NCBI GenBank assembly: GCA_000320545.1
Contig: ADNK01000614.1
Coordinates: 124,001-188,000, forward strand
Length of the DNA: 64,000 nt
DNA from: Bigelowiella natans CCMP2755
Taxonomy: Eukaryota; Protista; Cercozoa
Reading direction: 5' to 3'
In this document: positions 13,552-26,039 of the stretch, piece by piece
How the letters are laid out: each line of letters starts with the position of its first letter
Numbering within the stretch: position 1 is the stretch's first letter
Notes under the pieces: generated by a model
Database searches by the model: none
What the model was told of the DNA's origin: nothing
Seen by the model: the letters and a program-made list of their open reading frames with translations, nothing else
Translations under genes and position numbers: made by a program

Positions 13552-14076
13552 AACGAGGTGAGAGACGCCATCATCATGATTTCTCTTTCTCGTGACTGTT
13601 GTCATCAGATGATATGTGTTCTTCTTTTTCACATATACTGCTAGTCGTGCATTCTCTTGTATTCGTTAAAGCCCTCTTAACTTCCGTCATCGTCATCATC
13701 ATCATCATATCACCTGAGTGTCGGTAGTCATCCCTAATGACATTATCGACTGACTCGAAACGAGCAAGTATGTCGTAATTATTGACTTCTTTTCCTCCTG
13801 TGGCGTGGTCTCCCCCTCCTCCTGCTCTTACCTGGCCACCTTCCTCCTCCGCAAGGTTCATCTCCCTTTCACTTTCGCCTCCCGCCTGTTTCCTGTCCGT
13901 ACTCTCAAGAAGCGACTTTGCAATTTCTCGCGAGACTATGTTGGCCAGCGAGCCTGGAGCATGCGTAATGCGAATGCTATGCTGTACTTGGATCTGATAG
14001 AAGTGATTAGGAGAAATACGTCAAACAACACATGACCGTCATCATGTGCAGCCGGTTCGTAATCATCCTGGTTGTT

Positions 14077-14110
<34 letters not shown>

Positions 14111-15487
14111 CATCTTTCGGAAAACAACTACCTCCATCTTCGGAGAGTGGTAGCCTTCGTGGATTTCATCTTCAGTCGACACAATGGTCGATGGTAATCG
14201 AAGGGCGTTGATATATTTCTGTAAGTAGGTTTAAGGAGGCGGGAGGACGTTGAGTAACAGAATAACGGGTGGTGCAGAGATGGAGGAGTTTTGACCATGT
14301 CCATCGTGATGTATTATCAATTTTAGGATGATATTATACAACTATCGTATTATTTAATGGACCTGCAGTTCCTGCTTTGAGATTCGTATATTTCTGTATC
14401 CGTCCCCCCTGAAGCCGACGAGTCGGATCTGCAAGAGTTTCATCACATCACAAGCAGGCTATGGTGGTGGAATTATTGTTGATTGCCCCACGATCATGCA
14501 CCCGATTCTGTATTCCATAGGTTTACTGGAAACTTTTATTGATCGCTTATTGCTATCAACCTGGATCGGAGCGACCACAGTCTGATTGGAGAGCCAACGA
14601 ATCTTGTCCTGTAAAATAACAGAGCAGCGACCGAGAAAAAGGAGAATGAGGAGGTTGAGAAAAACATGCAAGAATATGCAAGAACACTTGGATGGTGACG
14701 CATCAGTATTGTACAAATGCAATAGCAAAACAAAAACAATAGGTTAAGGATGGTAATGAACCAGAATCAAGGTTTCATCGTCGAAGGACCAGTGCGCTTT
14801 AAGTTCCCTAGAATGGTAAATCATAAGTGTGGTGTTTCGTAGAATGAATTCAATAGCGTACCTTTCGCTCATACGTTCGAACCAGACATCCGAAGCCGAA
14901 TCAAAGAGCTTTATATTCGGCAGGGGAAAATGAATGAGATGGCACCACCGATCAGCGAGAACGTAAGGAAAAGACCTCCTGATTGGAGATGTCATACAAC
15001 CCTTCGTGGACACCCCTCTCATTTCGTATGATCTGAGTCCTTTCCTGCGTCTCGCATAGGAGAAGAAACGGAAGTAGAACGAAGGGAAAAGACAACAAGT
15101 TGCCAAGCCTCCCCGACGACGCGAGTCCCATGATCATCTTACCTTCGCATGCTGGGATGTGCTGATATATCCACGATATTCTCCCAGTAACAATATATCA
15201 AGGTAAACGCAAAGCGTTTCTTTTCTGCGACTTGAAAGAATTGCCACAAACCCTTCGATACTCTCCAGGGAGGCTCCCATGAAATTCCTGTCATTCCACA
15301 TGACCGTTGAAGGAGACTGAGATGCGGTGGATTTTATTTTCCAATCAGATTTCCCAGAGGTCGTACTATGAGAGTGACCTACCTTTCCTGTCGACTGCTC
15401 CCCTTCAAACCTTTTTTTCTGCCCGTTGAAGCTGGTTTGACTTTGGGACGAAGGTCGAAAATAAGATTGGTTGTAATATTGCGACAA
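7929..15487 (-). CDS. Uncharacterised membrane protein resembling the Arabidopsis At3g28720/At4g16180/At5g58100 family; many exons, 5' end uncertain
   Basis: Spliced exons give, in order: IRLVGFRGDG; YIIYLLNP..RYGY..GRCGSEIGMGREEKDRYVWVDLNA; FLSGVASLV; PGQN/LRISL..CSGCREAIRRS..YLDSASL; LSRMVLGVAPIH; SGVKNGPF; FLRRWNVYKFK..QLNFHSSLALIKSAHH; and a hydrophobic C-terminal segment. These blocks and their order match my recollection of At3g28720-type proteins. Exon boundaries are only partly resolved. Confidence 0.7.
9356..9829. repeat. 163-bp direct tandem duplication (9356-9518 and 9667-9829)
   Basis: GGGAATGGATGCTCGCC...AGAGATCCTCCTCT reads identically at a 311-bp offset. Both copies adjoin GA-rich microsatellites. 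Confidence 0.95.
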
Positions 15488-15803
15488 GAAATAATTGGTG
15501 TCGTAGATGATAGACTGCCACAGCTAGCCCACAGTTCGAGTTGGAAACAAGAATGGCTTCGAGCTGCTTCGCTTTTATTAGGGGGACCTCCTCTCCCCCT
15601 CAAACATCCGCGACGGATGGAAAAGATCCGAAAAAAACAAACAACGCTTTTCATCCATTCTACATTGCTTCCGGGGCTGATGTCATTGTTCCCATGTTCT
15701 CAGGTACATGCAGTTTTAACAACCTTCGAATACTCCTGACCGTTTTCGTTCCGTTATCCTATCAGAGAATAAAAAGGCCTTTTCACCCCCCAGTCCAGTT
15801 GGA

Positions 15804-18483
15804 ATGAAGGCTCAAAAGCTATTATGGGCAACCCCTCAACCAAGACGAAAGAAAAGCATTTCGATAGAAGTCTGTAAGTCGGTAGTGAAATCCCGAACAG
15901 GTTCCTCTTCTGAACTTCCTCCTTTCGTTTCTGCTTCCTCGAAACATGGTACATCGCCTCTAGCTCAGCCCACGAGCATAAAATTTACGCGTGCATTGAC
16001 CTGGTGGGATGAACAGCAGCTTTCTCAAGAGATTCCAGACCTCATTCCCGACAAAATGCCAACTAATATTCTCGTTTTCCGAGATTCAAAGAAACACTCA
16101 AATCTTCCCCTCCCCAGCACGAAATTCGGGCGTGCGGTATTGAAATCATTCTCAGCAAGAGTCGATGAATACGTTCAATATATTATGGAGAAGGGCCGCA
16201 GCTCCATTGCCAGTATGAGGGTAGGATGCGTACGACACGGCGAGGATGAAGCTAACTCCTCAGTAGCTTGCGACTCTGCTTCACAGGCGCTTGCTGTATT
16301 TGAGAAAAAGAAGGTAGAAGGGCAAGATACACCGATTTCTTACTATATCATTGTCGACATCGAGAATCCTGCGGGAGACTTTTCAGAATCTTTTCGGGTT
16401 ATCGATAAAGCTCAGAGAATGCCAGCTGGCAAGCTGGACGGGGAAGATGAGGACTTTATTGTTTTCGCTTTTGCGACTTGCGTTGTGAGGAATGGAACAG
16501 AAATCAACAGACCTCAGCTACAACTTTTGCAGAAAGCTGCAAACTTTGCTTCTAATGGTTATCCTGATGAGCAAGCAAATAAAGAGGAAGAACTTTCTTC
16601 TATGGAAGTAGTAGTAGAAGAAGATGAGGCAGAGGAGAAGGAAGATATCGAGGAAGTCAATAATCAGCAGGAAGGGGAGAAAGAAGAGGAAAGGGAGAAT
16701 CAGGGAGAAGAAGAGAAAGAAAAGGAGGAGGAAGTGGAGGAGGAGGAGGAAAAATTGCACACTACTGTTGACGAAGCTGAGGATACCAATGCCGATGATG
16801 ACGATGGCGCGGCTATTGTCGAGGAATTAAAGTGTAGGACAACTGAAGCAGAATACAAACTTCACCTCCAAAGTATGATGATGATGATGGCCACGCCGAA
16901 ATTCTCCGCTCATCAAGAAGATGAAGTGTTAAAGGATCGCATCGAGGTTTTATCTCAACGGCTTGCCAGAGAAACTCGACACCGCCGAGAAATTGTAAGG
17001 AAGCTAAAGGCTGCCGAGGCCAGCAACACAGAATTCCGTAAGCAAGTCTCCATGATACCAAAACTGAAGGAAGACATCAGTAGACTCCAAGCAGAGGCAA
17101 AAGAGACCAGCAGTGCTCATCTTGAGGATATGAGGCGGCTAGAGGAGAGGAAAAACGAACAAATCGAGCTGATGACCAACACTCTCGCCGATGTCCAGTC
17201 CATGTATAAGGAGAAGCTTCAGAATGCTAACGCTGATTCGAGCAAGCTAGATGCTGCCATGGAGGGTCACCGGCATCAACTAAAGAAGATGGAGAACAAG
17301 CATGCCCTGGAGGTACGGGAGTTGAAACGTGCTCGGAAGGAGAAATTCTCCCAGCTGAAGACAAGTCTAGACGCACAGACTACCAAGTACAAGACCAAGC
17401 TTGGTGAGCTACAGGGCCGGGTGAAGGAGCAAATGGCCTCTTTACATCTTCGTGAGATCGAAGCACAGCGGAAACTGGCGAGCGTCTCACAGCTCGAGGC
17501 GGAGCTCGCATCCAGCAAGCGTATGATTGCGAAGCTCAGGCAGCGCGTCGAGGACAATAATAACGCCCGCACTGTTGCCCGAGAAACACCTGTGCGTGCG
17601 GAGAAAGACAAAGCTGTGAGTGACGGCATCCTGAAAGTTCTTGAAAGCTGCGAAAAGATGAATAAAAGGATGGAGGCTGATGAGCTCAAGATGGATGCAC
17701 TGGTTTCGTCTGTTGACGAGGATGAGAAGAATATGGATGAAAGACTCGACAGCATTGTTGCCTCTCTCACTACTACTTCCATGCCCCCCCCTCGGCAGCT
17801 GCAGCCTCTTCCTGATGACAATAATGATGAGGTTGTTGACTGTGGATCCGAGAAGAAAGTAACGAAGAGGATAAACAAGAAGAAGAAAAAGAAATCCAAT
17901 CGTGAAATGAAAGACGCCGAGAAGCAACCATCATCTAAGTCAACGAAGGAAAGATCCTCTTCATCTTCTTCTTCATCGTCTGATGATGTTACAGACACAA
18001 CAGCGCATAAGAAGCGTAGACGACCAAAGCCAATGACTAAAAGGGGGGCCGGAGAAGAAGGCAGCGGAAGCGACGCGTCATCCATCACTGCAGAAGAGGA
18101 CCCGAAGGAGAAAGAAGAAGAAACAACTGTCCTAGCCAGCAAAAGAACAAGACGCAGGTAGTTGCTCAGCTCATTCTCTCATAATTATTCGTATGTTTGG
18201 TATGATGGACTGCTGATTGGAGCTCCTCGTTTTATAGATGTGACAGAAAGTTGCAAATATCATGATGAAAATGATGATGTTGTTGTTGATGTTGATGATG
18301 ATGATGATGATGGCGGCGGTGGTGGTGAAAGGATTGCTGCCAACTTCTCATTTTATCTCCCCTCTCTCCTCCCATCAACCAGCACCCGTTCCACCAAGAG
18401 CCTGAACGAGGAGAAGATGTTCGAGGAGCTTGAGAAGAGAGGACGAGGAGGACGAAGAGCTCGAATCAAGATGAACAACAAGA

Positions 18484-18517
<34 letters not shown>

Positions 18518-19003
18518 ATCTGATGCTGAGTCTGAGGTGACAAGGGAGGACGGTCACATGAATGGCGACGGCAGTAAGAAGCTGGAGACAGCGTTTGCCG
18601 CCTTTGCAGAATTCAGTCCTATCGTAGGACAGAGCAGCAAGAGCAGGATGACATCGGGTAGTGGAGATGATGAGAATCGACAGCACAGAAAGAAGAGAAA
18701 TGCAGGATCGAAGAACAAGAAAAAGAAAGCTGCTGCTGTCTCAGGCGAGAGAAAGGTAGTAGCATCAGGAGGGGATATCACAGCAGAAACGAAGGAAAAC
18801 AACAATTCTCAGCAGAAGCAGAAGGAAAATCCTCATCCAAGGAAAAGGAAAAAAGCTGCTTTGGTTGAAAGAAGACCCAATATCAACGTGCAGCAGGTAG
18901 TAGCATGATCTGAGGCGCAACTTAGTTGCGAAAGGAAATGTGAACGGCGCATAGAAGGAAAGTTTTATTTGTGTTTAAGCTATGATTATAAAATATATTA
19001 TGT

Positions 19004-19042
<39 letters not shown>

Positions 19043-19578
19043 CAATACGCATGCAAATATGAGAATTATCATCATCACCACCACCATTTCTTGCCATTAA
19101 ATTTATGTTTTTTGCCTTGCTCATTATTGAAAAATCAGGAGGGTGATGAAGGCACAAAAACGACGGTGGACGAAGCAACCGAGAAGCCAAAAAAGACCAG
19201 GAAGCTCTTCAACGCATCCGATTTTGCATTTAATTTTATCTCTAAAGCTCACGCGAAACAACAACAGCAGCAGCAAACTGAAGAGAACACCAGCAGGAGG
19301 AAGAGGAAAGAGTCCTCGTCAGAAGCAGCTCGTGCTGCGAAGGATAAAAAGCGATCTGTCGACTTCTTCAAGAAGGTAATGCTAAAACCAGAAAGTAGTT
19401 GGAAGTCGCAGCACCCATTCAGTTTCTTTCAACTCATTTCTTCAACCTTATTTTTTTTTGAGAAAAGTAGCCATATGGAATTATCCTGAATGGGGTTGCT
19501 TATCACTGCTGCTGCTGCTACTTCTTTTAGGTACTTTTCAACGCGAGAAAGTTCAAACCTCCAAGGCTACGAAGATGA
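15804..19578 (+). CDS. Large hypothetical coiled-coil protein with acidic and Lys/Arg-rich (NLS-like) regions, 4 exons
   Basis: Exons 15804-18157, 18383-18896, 19139-19375 and 19531-19578 are joined by phase-compatible GT-AG introns. Features: Glu-rich tract, ~250-aa heptad region, KKKKKK and KRKK clusters, C-terminus VLFNARKFKPPRLRR*. No family recognised. Confidence 0.75.
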
Positions 19579-21159
19579 ATCAAAAGCGAGGAAGAGAGGA
19601 CAAAGCACCTCTGCCGACAGAACCAACATAAAACGGGAGTTTAGCTGATCCGTCAAGAAGACGATGATGACTGGGATAGGGAGAAAAATGACTGACTGAT
19701 GACGTAATGAACAACGTCCTTTCCATGTATTATGTATCCTCTGGTCCTGCTATGTTGTTTTTGAAGAACAACATACGTGTCATTCTTTTGACGACTCAAA
19801 AGTAATGTAATCATAGAATTTTATTTGTTCCCCTCGTAATGTTTCTACTTGTTTTTTCGATTTTCATGAGGACGGAAGATGGCTTACGATTCGTATATCT
19901 CAAGTGAGAACAGCTACGTGTTAGTTTATAGCAACACGCATGCTTGCAAGTACGTTTCATGTCCAGATATTTTTTTAAAAAAATGGGACGTTCCCGCTTT
20001 GCACTTGTCTCTGCGCATGTACTTACATACACAGGTGCAGCTGCTGTGTGCATGACATGCAAATCTTCATGCTTACACGAATGCATTGTCATGCACAGCT
20101 ACCTATGCATTCTCACATTGCGAGGACTTCTCACTGGAGCCACGTGTTGTGTTTAGTTGTGCACATGATTATTTATGCTTCATTTATGCATGAGTGTATA
20201 TACGGCTAAACTGGCTAGCTGGGTCTCTAGTTCTTTGCCACATGCATCACCATCATACGTTTGTTGTGTTATCCGGCCATGAAGGTTGCTATATCAGCTA
20301 TGCTAGCTAGCTAGTAAGGCTTGTTGTGGAAATATTTCCAGAAATCGCGTGAAGTTCTCTTTTCCATTTTGAGATGAGTACTTGCTAGCTTGACACGCGC
20401 GGCCTGCTAGCCCGGATTCCTGGGCGGCTGAGCTTGGGAATGCATGAGCCAGAAATCTAGCAGACATCGTGCATCCATCAGTCCGAATTTGAACGTTTGC
20501 CTTGCTTAGCGACAGCTAGCACATCATTTAACAATGATGATGGCCTTGAATGCCTAGCAGGCTAGGCGTGCGCTGTACATCCAGATAGATCTAGATGTGG
20601 CTAGGACATACACATGTTCAAATGCTGTGCAACAAACATGCGCAATGTGCTCAAATACCTGTGTCGCTGCCACGCAGCATGCTACGACATGTCTAGATGT
20701 GTTAGAGCTGCTACGCATGCTCAATCATAGCTAGCTACAGGCTAGTGGTCATATGTACAGCGCATGCAGCTTGCGTACATAGATTCATGAACAAAAATTT
20801 CACATGTACTTTTTAATAATGATAAATTTGAGTATACATATCATAGTAGTGACCTTTACATTGATTTTTATCTTCTCGTTTACAGAGATAGCCTAGCCTA
20901 GTCTAGTATCTGCATCGTCTAGTCGATCGTAGAGCTAAATCATACTACTCTAACGCCATTTGTATTATGCACAGGAGTTTATTCCTCATAATATAATCGC
21001 TATTCTATTAACTATTTGTGGCCAAGACTTGCTCCATTTTCATTGCTATGCCTAGGCGTGGTCGTGGCAGTCATCCCTATCTACTGATTTCATTCTTATC
21101 GGCGTCGTGTTCCGGTGTGCTCTGCCTCTTCCGCTACTTAGTTACATTTGAGAACCGAT

Positions 21160-21702
21160 TTATTTTTGCTTACTGACAGCAGAGGCAAGCCAGTCTAAGC
21201 CTTCATAGAGTCCATCTCCTGATGTCGCACAGGTTCCTTGAACATACCAACGACGACGCAGCTTGTCGAGTCCTAATTTCTCTGTGATTTGCTTCACACT
21301 GAGAGCGCCGGGAAGATCCTGCTTGTTTGCAAAGACCAACACGACAGCATCTCTCAACTCATCTTCTTGGAGCATCCTGTCCAGTTCCTCTTTTGACTCC
21401 TCCAGACGTTCCTTATCGCTTGAATCGACGACGAAGATAAGCCCCTCCGTGTTTTGATAGTAATGACGCCAAAGGGGACGGATCTTGTGCTGCCCGCCCA
21501 CGTCCCAAACGTTCATGTTGATGTTCTTGTACTCGACAGTCTCGACGTTGAAGCCGATTGTCGGGATGGTCGTGACCACTTCTCCGAGTTTCAGCTTGTA
21601 GAGCACCGTGGTCTTTCCTGCAGCGTCGAGCCCGAGCATCAGCATCCTCATCTCCTTGTTGGCGAAGAACTTCTTCCAGACGCTACTAATTGCTTGTCCC
21701 AT
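21160..21702 (-). CDS. ARF1: ADP-ribosylation factor (Arf1-type small GTPase), intronless CDS
   Basis: 180 aa. MG myristoylation start with amphipathic helix, [33 protein letters not shown]. Confidence 0.96.
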   Translation of the reverse strand: MGQAISSVWKKFFANKEMRMLMLGLDAAGKTTVLYKLKLGEVVTTIPTIGFNVETVEYKNINMNVWDVGGQHKIRPLWRHYYQNTEGLIFVVDSSDKERLEESKEELDRMLQEDELRDAVVLVFANKQDLPGALSVKQITEKLGLDKLRRRWYVQGTCATSGDGLYEGLDWLASAVSKQK

Positions 21703-22388
21703 GATTGCTTATTGTAGGTGAGTGTGCTATGATCACTTGATTCTTTGAATTGTGACAGAACGGAGGAGAGCGAGATCCACGCTTCCGCAAAAGCGAAAGC
21801 AGCACGACTCGATGACTACGCCGTGAGCGAAAATGACATCACCGCTCATCACCAATGAATAGCATGCCGTTTTTGATAAAATGCAGGAGTGTGACATACG
21901 TTTCATCAGAACTTCCCCACCACCGAAGAGGCTTCACAGAATGTTTCGTCAATGAATATTCAGGGGATTTTCGCATCTCGACAGCCTTTCTTTGATGACG
22001 CAAGGTCAAAATAGCAAAATATTGTATTTTGTACGAGTTGCTGGTCAGCTCGAGGCATCGACAAAGCTTTTCAGGAAGTTCTTGATCAGAATGAATGTTT
22101 TGTGTCGCTTTGCTTCGATTTCATCTGCATTTCGGAACGGCTTTCCATCAGCCGCTTGCGAAAAGAATGCGAAAATTCCTTCTCCTTAGGACTCTCCCGA
22201 ACATGTTGGGGCCGAATTCGCATAAAATGAGTGCTTTTGGCGATTTTCCGGACGAAATGCAGGCCAAGTATTACCTCTTGCTGATCGGATGTCAAACCTG
22301 CACCTCTCTAGGCTGGAGATCTTCGTCAACCGCAGTTCCAGCATAACTCAAACAGTCTCACAAAAGCAAACACTCAATCTGAAGAACA
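21703..22388. promoter_or_regulatory. Probable bidirectional promoter region (Arf / septin)
   Basis: About 690 bp between divergent start codons. Confidence 0.35.
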
Positions 22389-23981
22389 ATGATGAAAGTC
22401 TTTGGCGGTATTAAGTCCAGCATGAGAAGTGTAGGACACCATGAAGACGATGCGAACACTGTCATCAGCACAGATGAAGCCGTGATCGTGAGACCGAATT
22501 ACGTAGAAGTGGAGCCTGCCGGGCACAAAGATGGGAAAGAGGAGTCTATTCCCGAGAGTCCATGCCATAATGTGCATCAATCTGTGGAGCAGCAAGTTTC
22601 TCAAGATGCTGGCCAGACTCAGCAATCTGAAGAACAGGAGCTCAACGAGGAGCTCGAATCCGACTTGTTCAAATCGATTCATGAACAGAAACATGAGTAC
22701 GACATGAGTACCGATGGCATGCAAGTGATTGTCGAGGACACTGAAAAGGGAGATGACCACAAAAAACCTTGGGTACCGGAAAAAAAACCGGTCACTAGGA
22801 TGAATATCAACTTGATGGTGGTTGGACCAAGTGCTGTTGGGAAGACATCTTTCATAACTTCAAATCTGGTGGAGAAGAATAAGAGGAAATCCAACCCAGT
22901 CATTCGAACGAAGCGACGAAAAACAAGGAGCATCGCACAATGGATTTGGGCGGACAAAATAGATGGTTTTGAACTTCTTGCTGGAATCACTGACACTGTC
23001 GGATTTGGAGATGAAATGGATCTCCAGAAGGTTTTCGACCCGATGAGAAGCGTGATTAAAGATAATATGATTCTTCATTACATGTCTGGACAGCTTGATA
23101 TTCCCTCCGAGGAACGATATGACCCGAGGATCCACGTAGTTCTCTATTTTATCGAACCGCATTCGACGGACGAGAACGACATGAGCTTCATTAAAGAGTT
23201 TTCAAAGCTAACAAACGTTATGGTGTTGGTATCAAAGGCTGATACTATGACTCAAGAGGAAAGAGAGGAGCAGAAAAATGAGATTATGAATAAGTTAGAC
23301 CAGGAAAACGTCCAGATATATGGAGGAAAACCGTTCTTCATTCTTTGCCAGGACCGCACGTACACGTTTGAGGATCCCGATGATGATAAAATCACCTCAT
23401 TTCACTGGAATATTGAGGATAAGAAGCAGTCAGACTTCCCAAAAGTCAGAGACCTCCTATTTCGAGAGCTGGACACAGTCAACGGAATGAAGAAAAACTT
23501 TGAGCATCTCTACGGAAGAGCCGTCGTCAGTGGGATATTGCGCCCACCTCTTTTGCATCAGTGGACTTTCATTTTCTCTTTGCTTATGGCAGGCGCAATT
23601 GCCGCGATTATGGCACTGTTCTACATTGCTACTCCAGCACCCAAACAATTTCCTGCACCACTGCTGCTCCTTCCAGGAGTTGCTGGTGTAGTGTTGTACA
23701 TGGTTCTTGAAGCTTTAACGTGGTGTATGGTGGACTCTGATCCTGTTCCGAACAGATATACCCCTTTCAACCCTTACCGCCACCTTATTGAACGGAGGGA
23801 AGCGGTCATCGCTCGACACGGTACTTGTAGAATCCAACGCCCGGTAGAGTGGCCAATTTCAAGGATGTACCGTCTTGCAATTTGGCTACTCAAATTCCCA
23901 CAGAGGCTTTATTCTGGCAAGATGCAGAACAATGTCAGCGTGCCTGGAGTGAGGAGTTTGGAAAAAGAAAAGACCGCATGA
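22389..23981 (+). CDS. Septin-family GTPase with two predicted C-terminal transmembrane helices, single ORF
   Basis: G1 GPSAVGKT, G3 DTVGFGD, septin motif DPRIHVVLYFIEPH, G4 SKADTMT, RTY and SDFPKVRDLL. Then two hydrophobic stretches, WTFIFSLLMAGAIAAIMALFYIA and LLLLPGVAGVVLYMVLEALTW. Confidence 0.9.
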   Translation: MMKVFGGIKSSMRSVGHHEDDANTVISTDEAVIVRPNYVEVEPAGHKDGKEESIPESPCHNVHQSVEQQVSQDAGQTQQSEEQELNEELESDLFKSIHEQKHEYDMSTDGMQVIVEDTEKGDDHKKPWVPEKKPVTRMNINLMVVGPSAVGKTSFITSNLVEKNKRKSNPVIRTKRRKTRSIAQWIWADKIDGFELLAGITDTVGFGDEMDLQKVFDPMRSVIKDNMILHYMSGQLDIPSEERYDPRIHVVLYFIEPHSTDENDMSFIKEFSKLTNVMVLVSKADTMTQEEREEQKNEIMNKLDQENVQIYGGKPFFILCQDRTYTFEDPDDDKITSFHWNIEDKKQSDFPKVRDLLFRELDTVNGMKKNFEHLYGRAVVSGILRPPLLHQWTFIFSLLMAGAIAAIMALFYIATPAPKQFPAPLLLLPGVAGVVLYMVLEALTWCMVDSDPVPNRYTPFNPYRHLIERREAVIARHGTCRIQRPVEWPISRMYRLAIWLLKFPQRLYSGKMQNNVSVPGVRSLEKEKTA

Positions 23982-25174
23982 TATAATAATGATTTTGTGT
24001 TACCTTTGTTTGAATTGATCTCATTATTTTATCATGTTTTACATCGAATGTCTAGATGAATGTGAAAATCTCGTTCTACTTGTAAAAGCGCATCATGAAT
24101 TGAAAAGCGGTACGCAAGCTTAGAAGCGGCGAACTTATGTGTCTGTGGGTAGCTCGCACACAGCTTGTATTTTTGTACACGGCTGTCGGCATCATGATAC
24201 GTCCAGCGTACCCTGATCTATAGATCGATGGCGTGATGGTGCAGCTAATTCTGCATCACCGTGTCGCATTGCCAGGCCCGTGCACTGTGAAAAATGCGTA
24301 TATATACGAACGAGCAGCTTGCAATAACACGTTTGTAGACATGTCCAGCTGTCAATCGAACCTCTCTAGCTTCTGCTGAAAATTGTATCACGTGACGTAC
24401 ATTGCAACAATGTCCGCACATGCGTGCTAGCGTGCATGTGTTAATCGACAGCACTACAAGCAGCATGCATGTGCAGCTGGACACATCCTGTCATCACTAG
24501 TAGTGCACTGTCCAGATTGCACGTACAATTGCACGCCACCGCATCGGAACAAGCACCCCGATCTAAATATCATGCAAATGATGCATGTGATGCTTTTATA
24601 TACTTTAATTTGTGTGAACATTCACAGCTACGTAATTTTGGTCGAACGCGCGTCACCTAAATAGCTGCCTTTGTTTCATTGCAAACTTCCATAACTTGAT
24701 TGGATCGATCGTCATAATAGACTATGTTCATTAGTTTACATTTGATGTGAAGAATTACATCTCATATACTGGTTGTGAAATGTAACCTGAATTATGGAAC
24801 TGGGAAACAGATTTAGAATTTTTACCAAAGTATAACGTCGGTAGCAAATCATAGATTAAAATTTTCTTTTCTTTAATGATTCTAACGTTTAAATTAAAGA
24901 GCTAATCTAAACTTTATGACGGAACAGATTTGAGATTTGAGTAGAATTTGATGGCGGCACATTTATTTTTGCTGATGAAGTAGACCGATATCCAAAATAA
25001 GTGCCACGAGTAGAATAACATTTTGATAGATAATGAGTCGTACAATTTGACTACGCCCAAGTTAATATTTTAAAATTAATTTATGGATCATGAGAGGATC
25101 ATGAGAAACTTAAAATTATTTGTCTGCTGGATAATCAGAATCTTCTTCCTTCTCCTCCTCATCCTGTGCTTTAG

Positions 25175-26039
25175 CTATGAGATTTTGGTCCTTACAACTG
25201 GATTTCTCATATTCCTGGCGATAGTCCTCGCATAGAATTCTTTACGTGCCTTGAGTCCTCGCGGAGGCAGAATTACCCTTTTAGCCTCAGCCCCCCTGGC
25301 TCCTCTAGAGCGATTTTGACGCCAATTTGGGGTCGTCTTTTCATTTTTGAGGTGCAGCGGTATGGGATGTAAACCTAAGTTCGAAGGAAGAAGGCCTCTA
25401 TTTGAGCATGCTTGGAAAGCTCTCCCTCGGCACGAATTGCTGCAGAACGGATTGTCTGTGTTGGAGCAAGAGGTTAATAAGTGTACTCGTGTCACCACCA
25501 CCGCCACTATCACCGAGAAAATTACCTTGAAACATAAACACACTGCCATTAATAGGTCTTGAGCAGGCAGAACAAGTCGCTGTGAACGGATCTATCTCGA
25601 CTTGCTGCTTCTGTTGCTTCCTTGTCATCGTCTTCATACCATTCTCACCCCTTCGCCACACTTTCACCACTGCTTGCAAGTCACTCGTTCTAGGTCCCTG
25701 TCCGACACCCTTTGTCAGCATTTTCATCCTCGGCGAACAGTATTTTCTTTCAAATACCTGTTAGGAGTTAACAGGTTGGACAAACGTTAGTTCCAATTCC
25801 ACGTCCCATCATTATGAAGCTACTTGCTTCTTCTATCATACTACGTTGTAGGAATTATAGAAAAAAGAAGGTTCACAGGCTACCGCAGGTTTGTCGATCG
25901 ACACAGCTCCTCGACTTGTCTCCTTGTGCGAGGGATCCGCCTTTCTCGTCTCTGCATCGCTTTCGATATCATCCTCGCTCGAGGTTGAAGGTGTTGAGTC
26001 TATCGTCATCAGCTGCAGCGATGACGATGTTCTCTTCAT
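25175..26039 (-). CDS. Small protein with an FCS-like (FLZ/DUF581-type) zinc finger, at least 3 exons
   Basis: Exons 25884-26039, 25526-25757 and 25175-25455; GT-AG introns 25758-25883 (phase 0) and 25456-25525 (phase 1). Splicing gives CSACSRPINGSVFMFQDNPFCSNSCR = CX2C-X15-FCS-X2-C. Gene ends are uncertain. Confidence 0.65.

Noticed and set aside
18158-18382. Apparent stop-codon readthrough or recoding between abutting in-frame ORFs 15804-18161 and 18162-18908
   Set aside because: The TAG lies inside a donor site (CAG|GTAGTT). A phase-2 intron to ACCAG at 18382 restores the frame.
24700-25140. AT-rich tract with short direct and inverted repeats (MITE or organellar insertion?)
   Set aside because: No defined termini, TSD, second copy or organellar gene similarity was recognisable.
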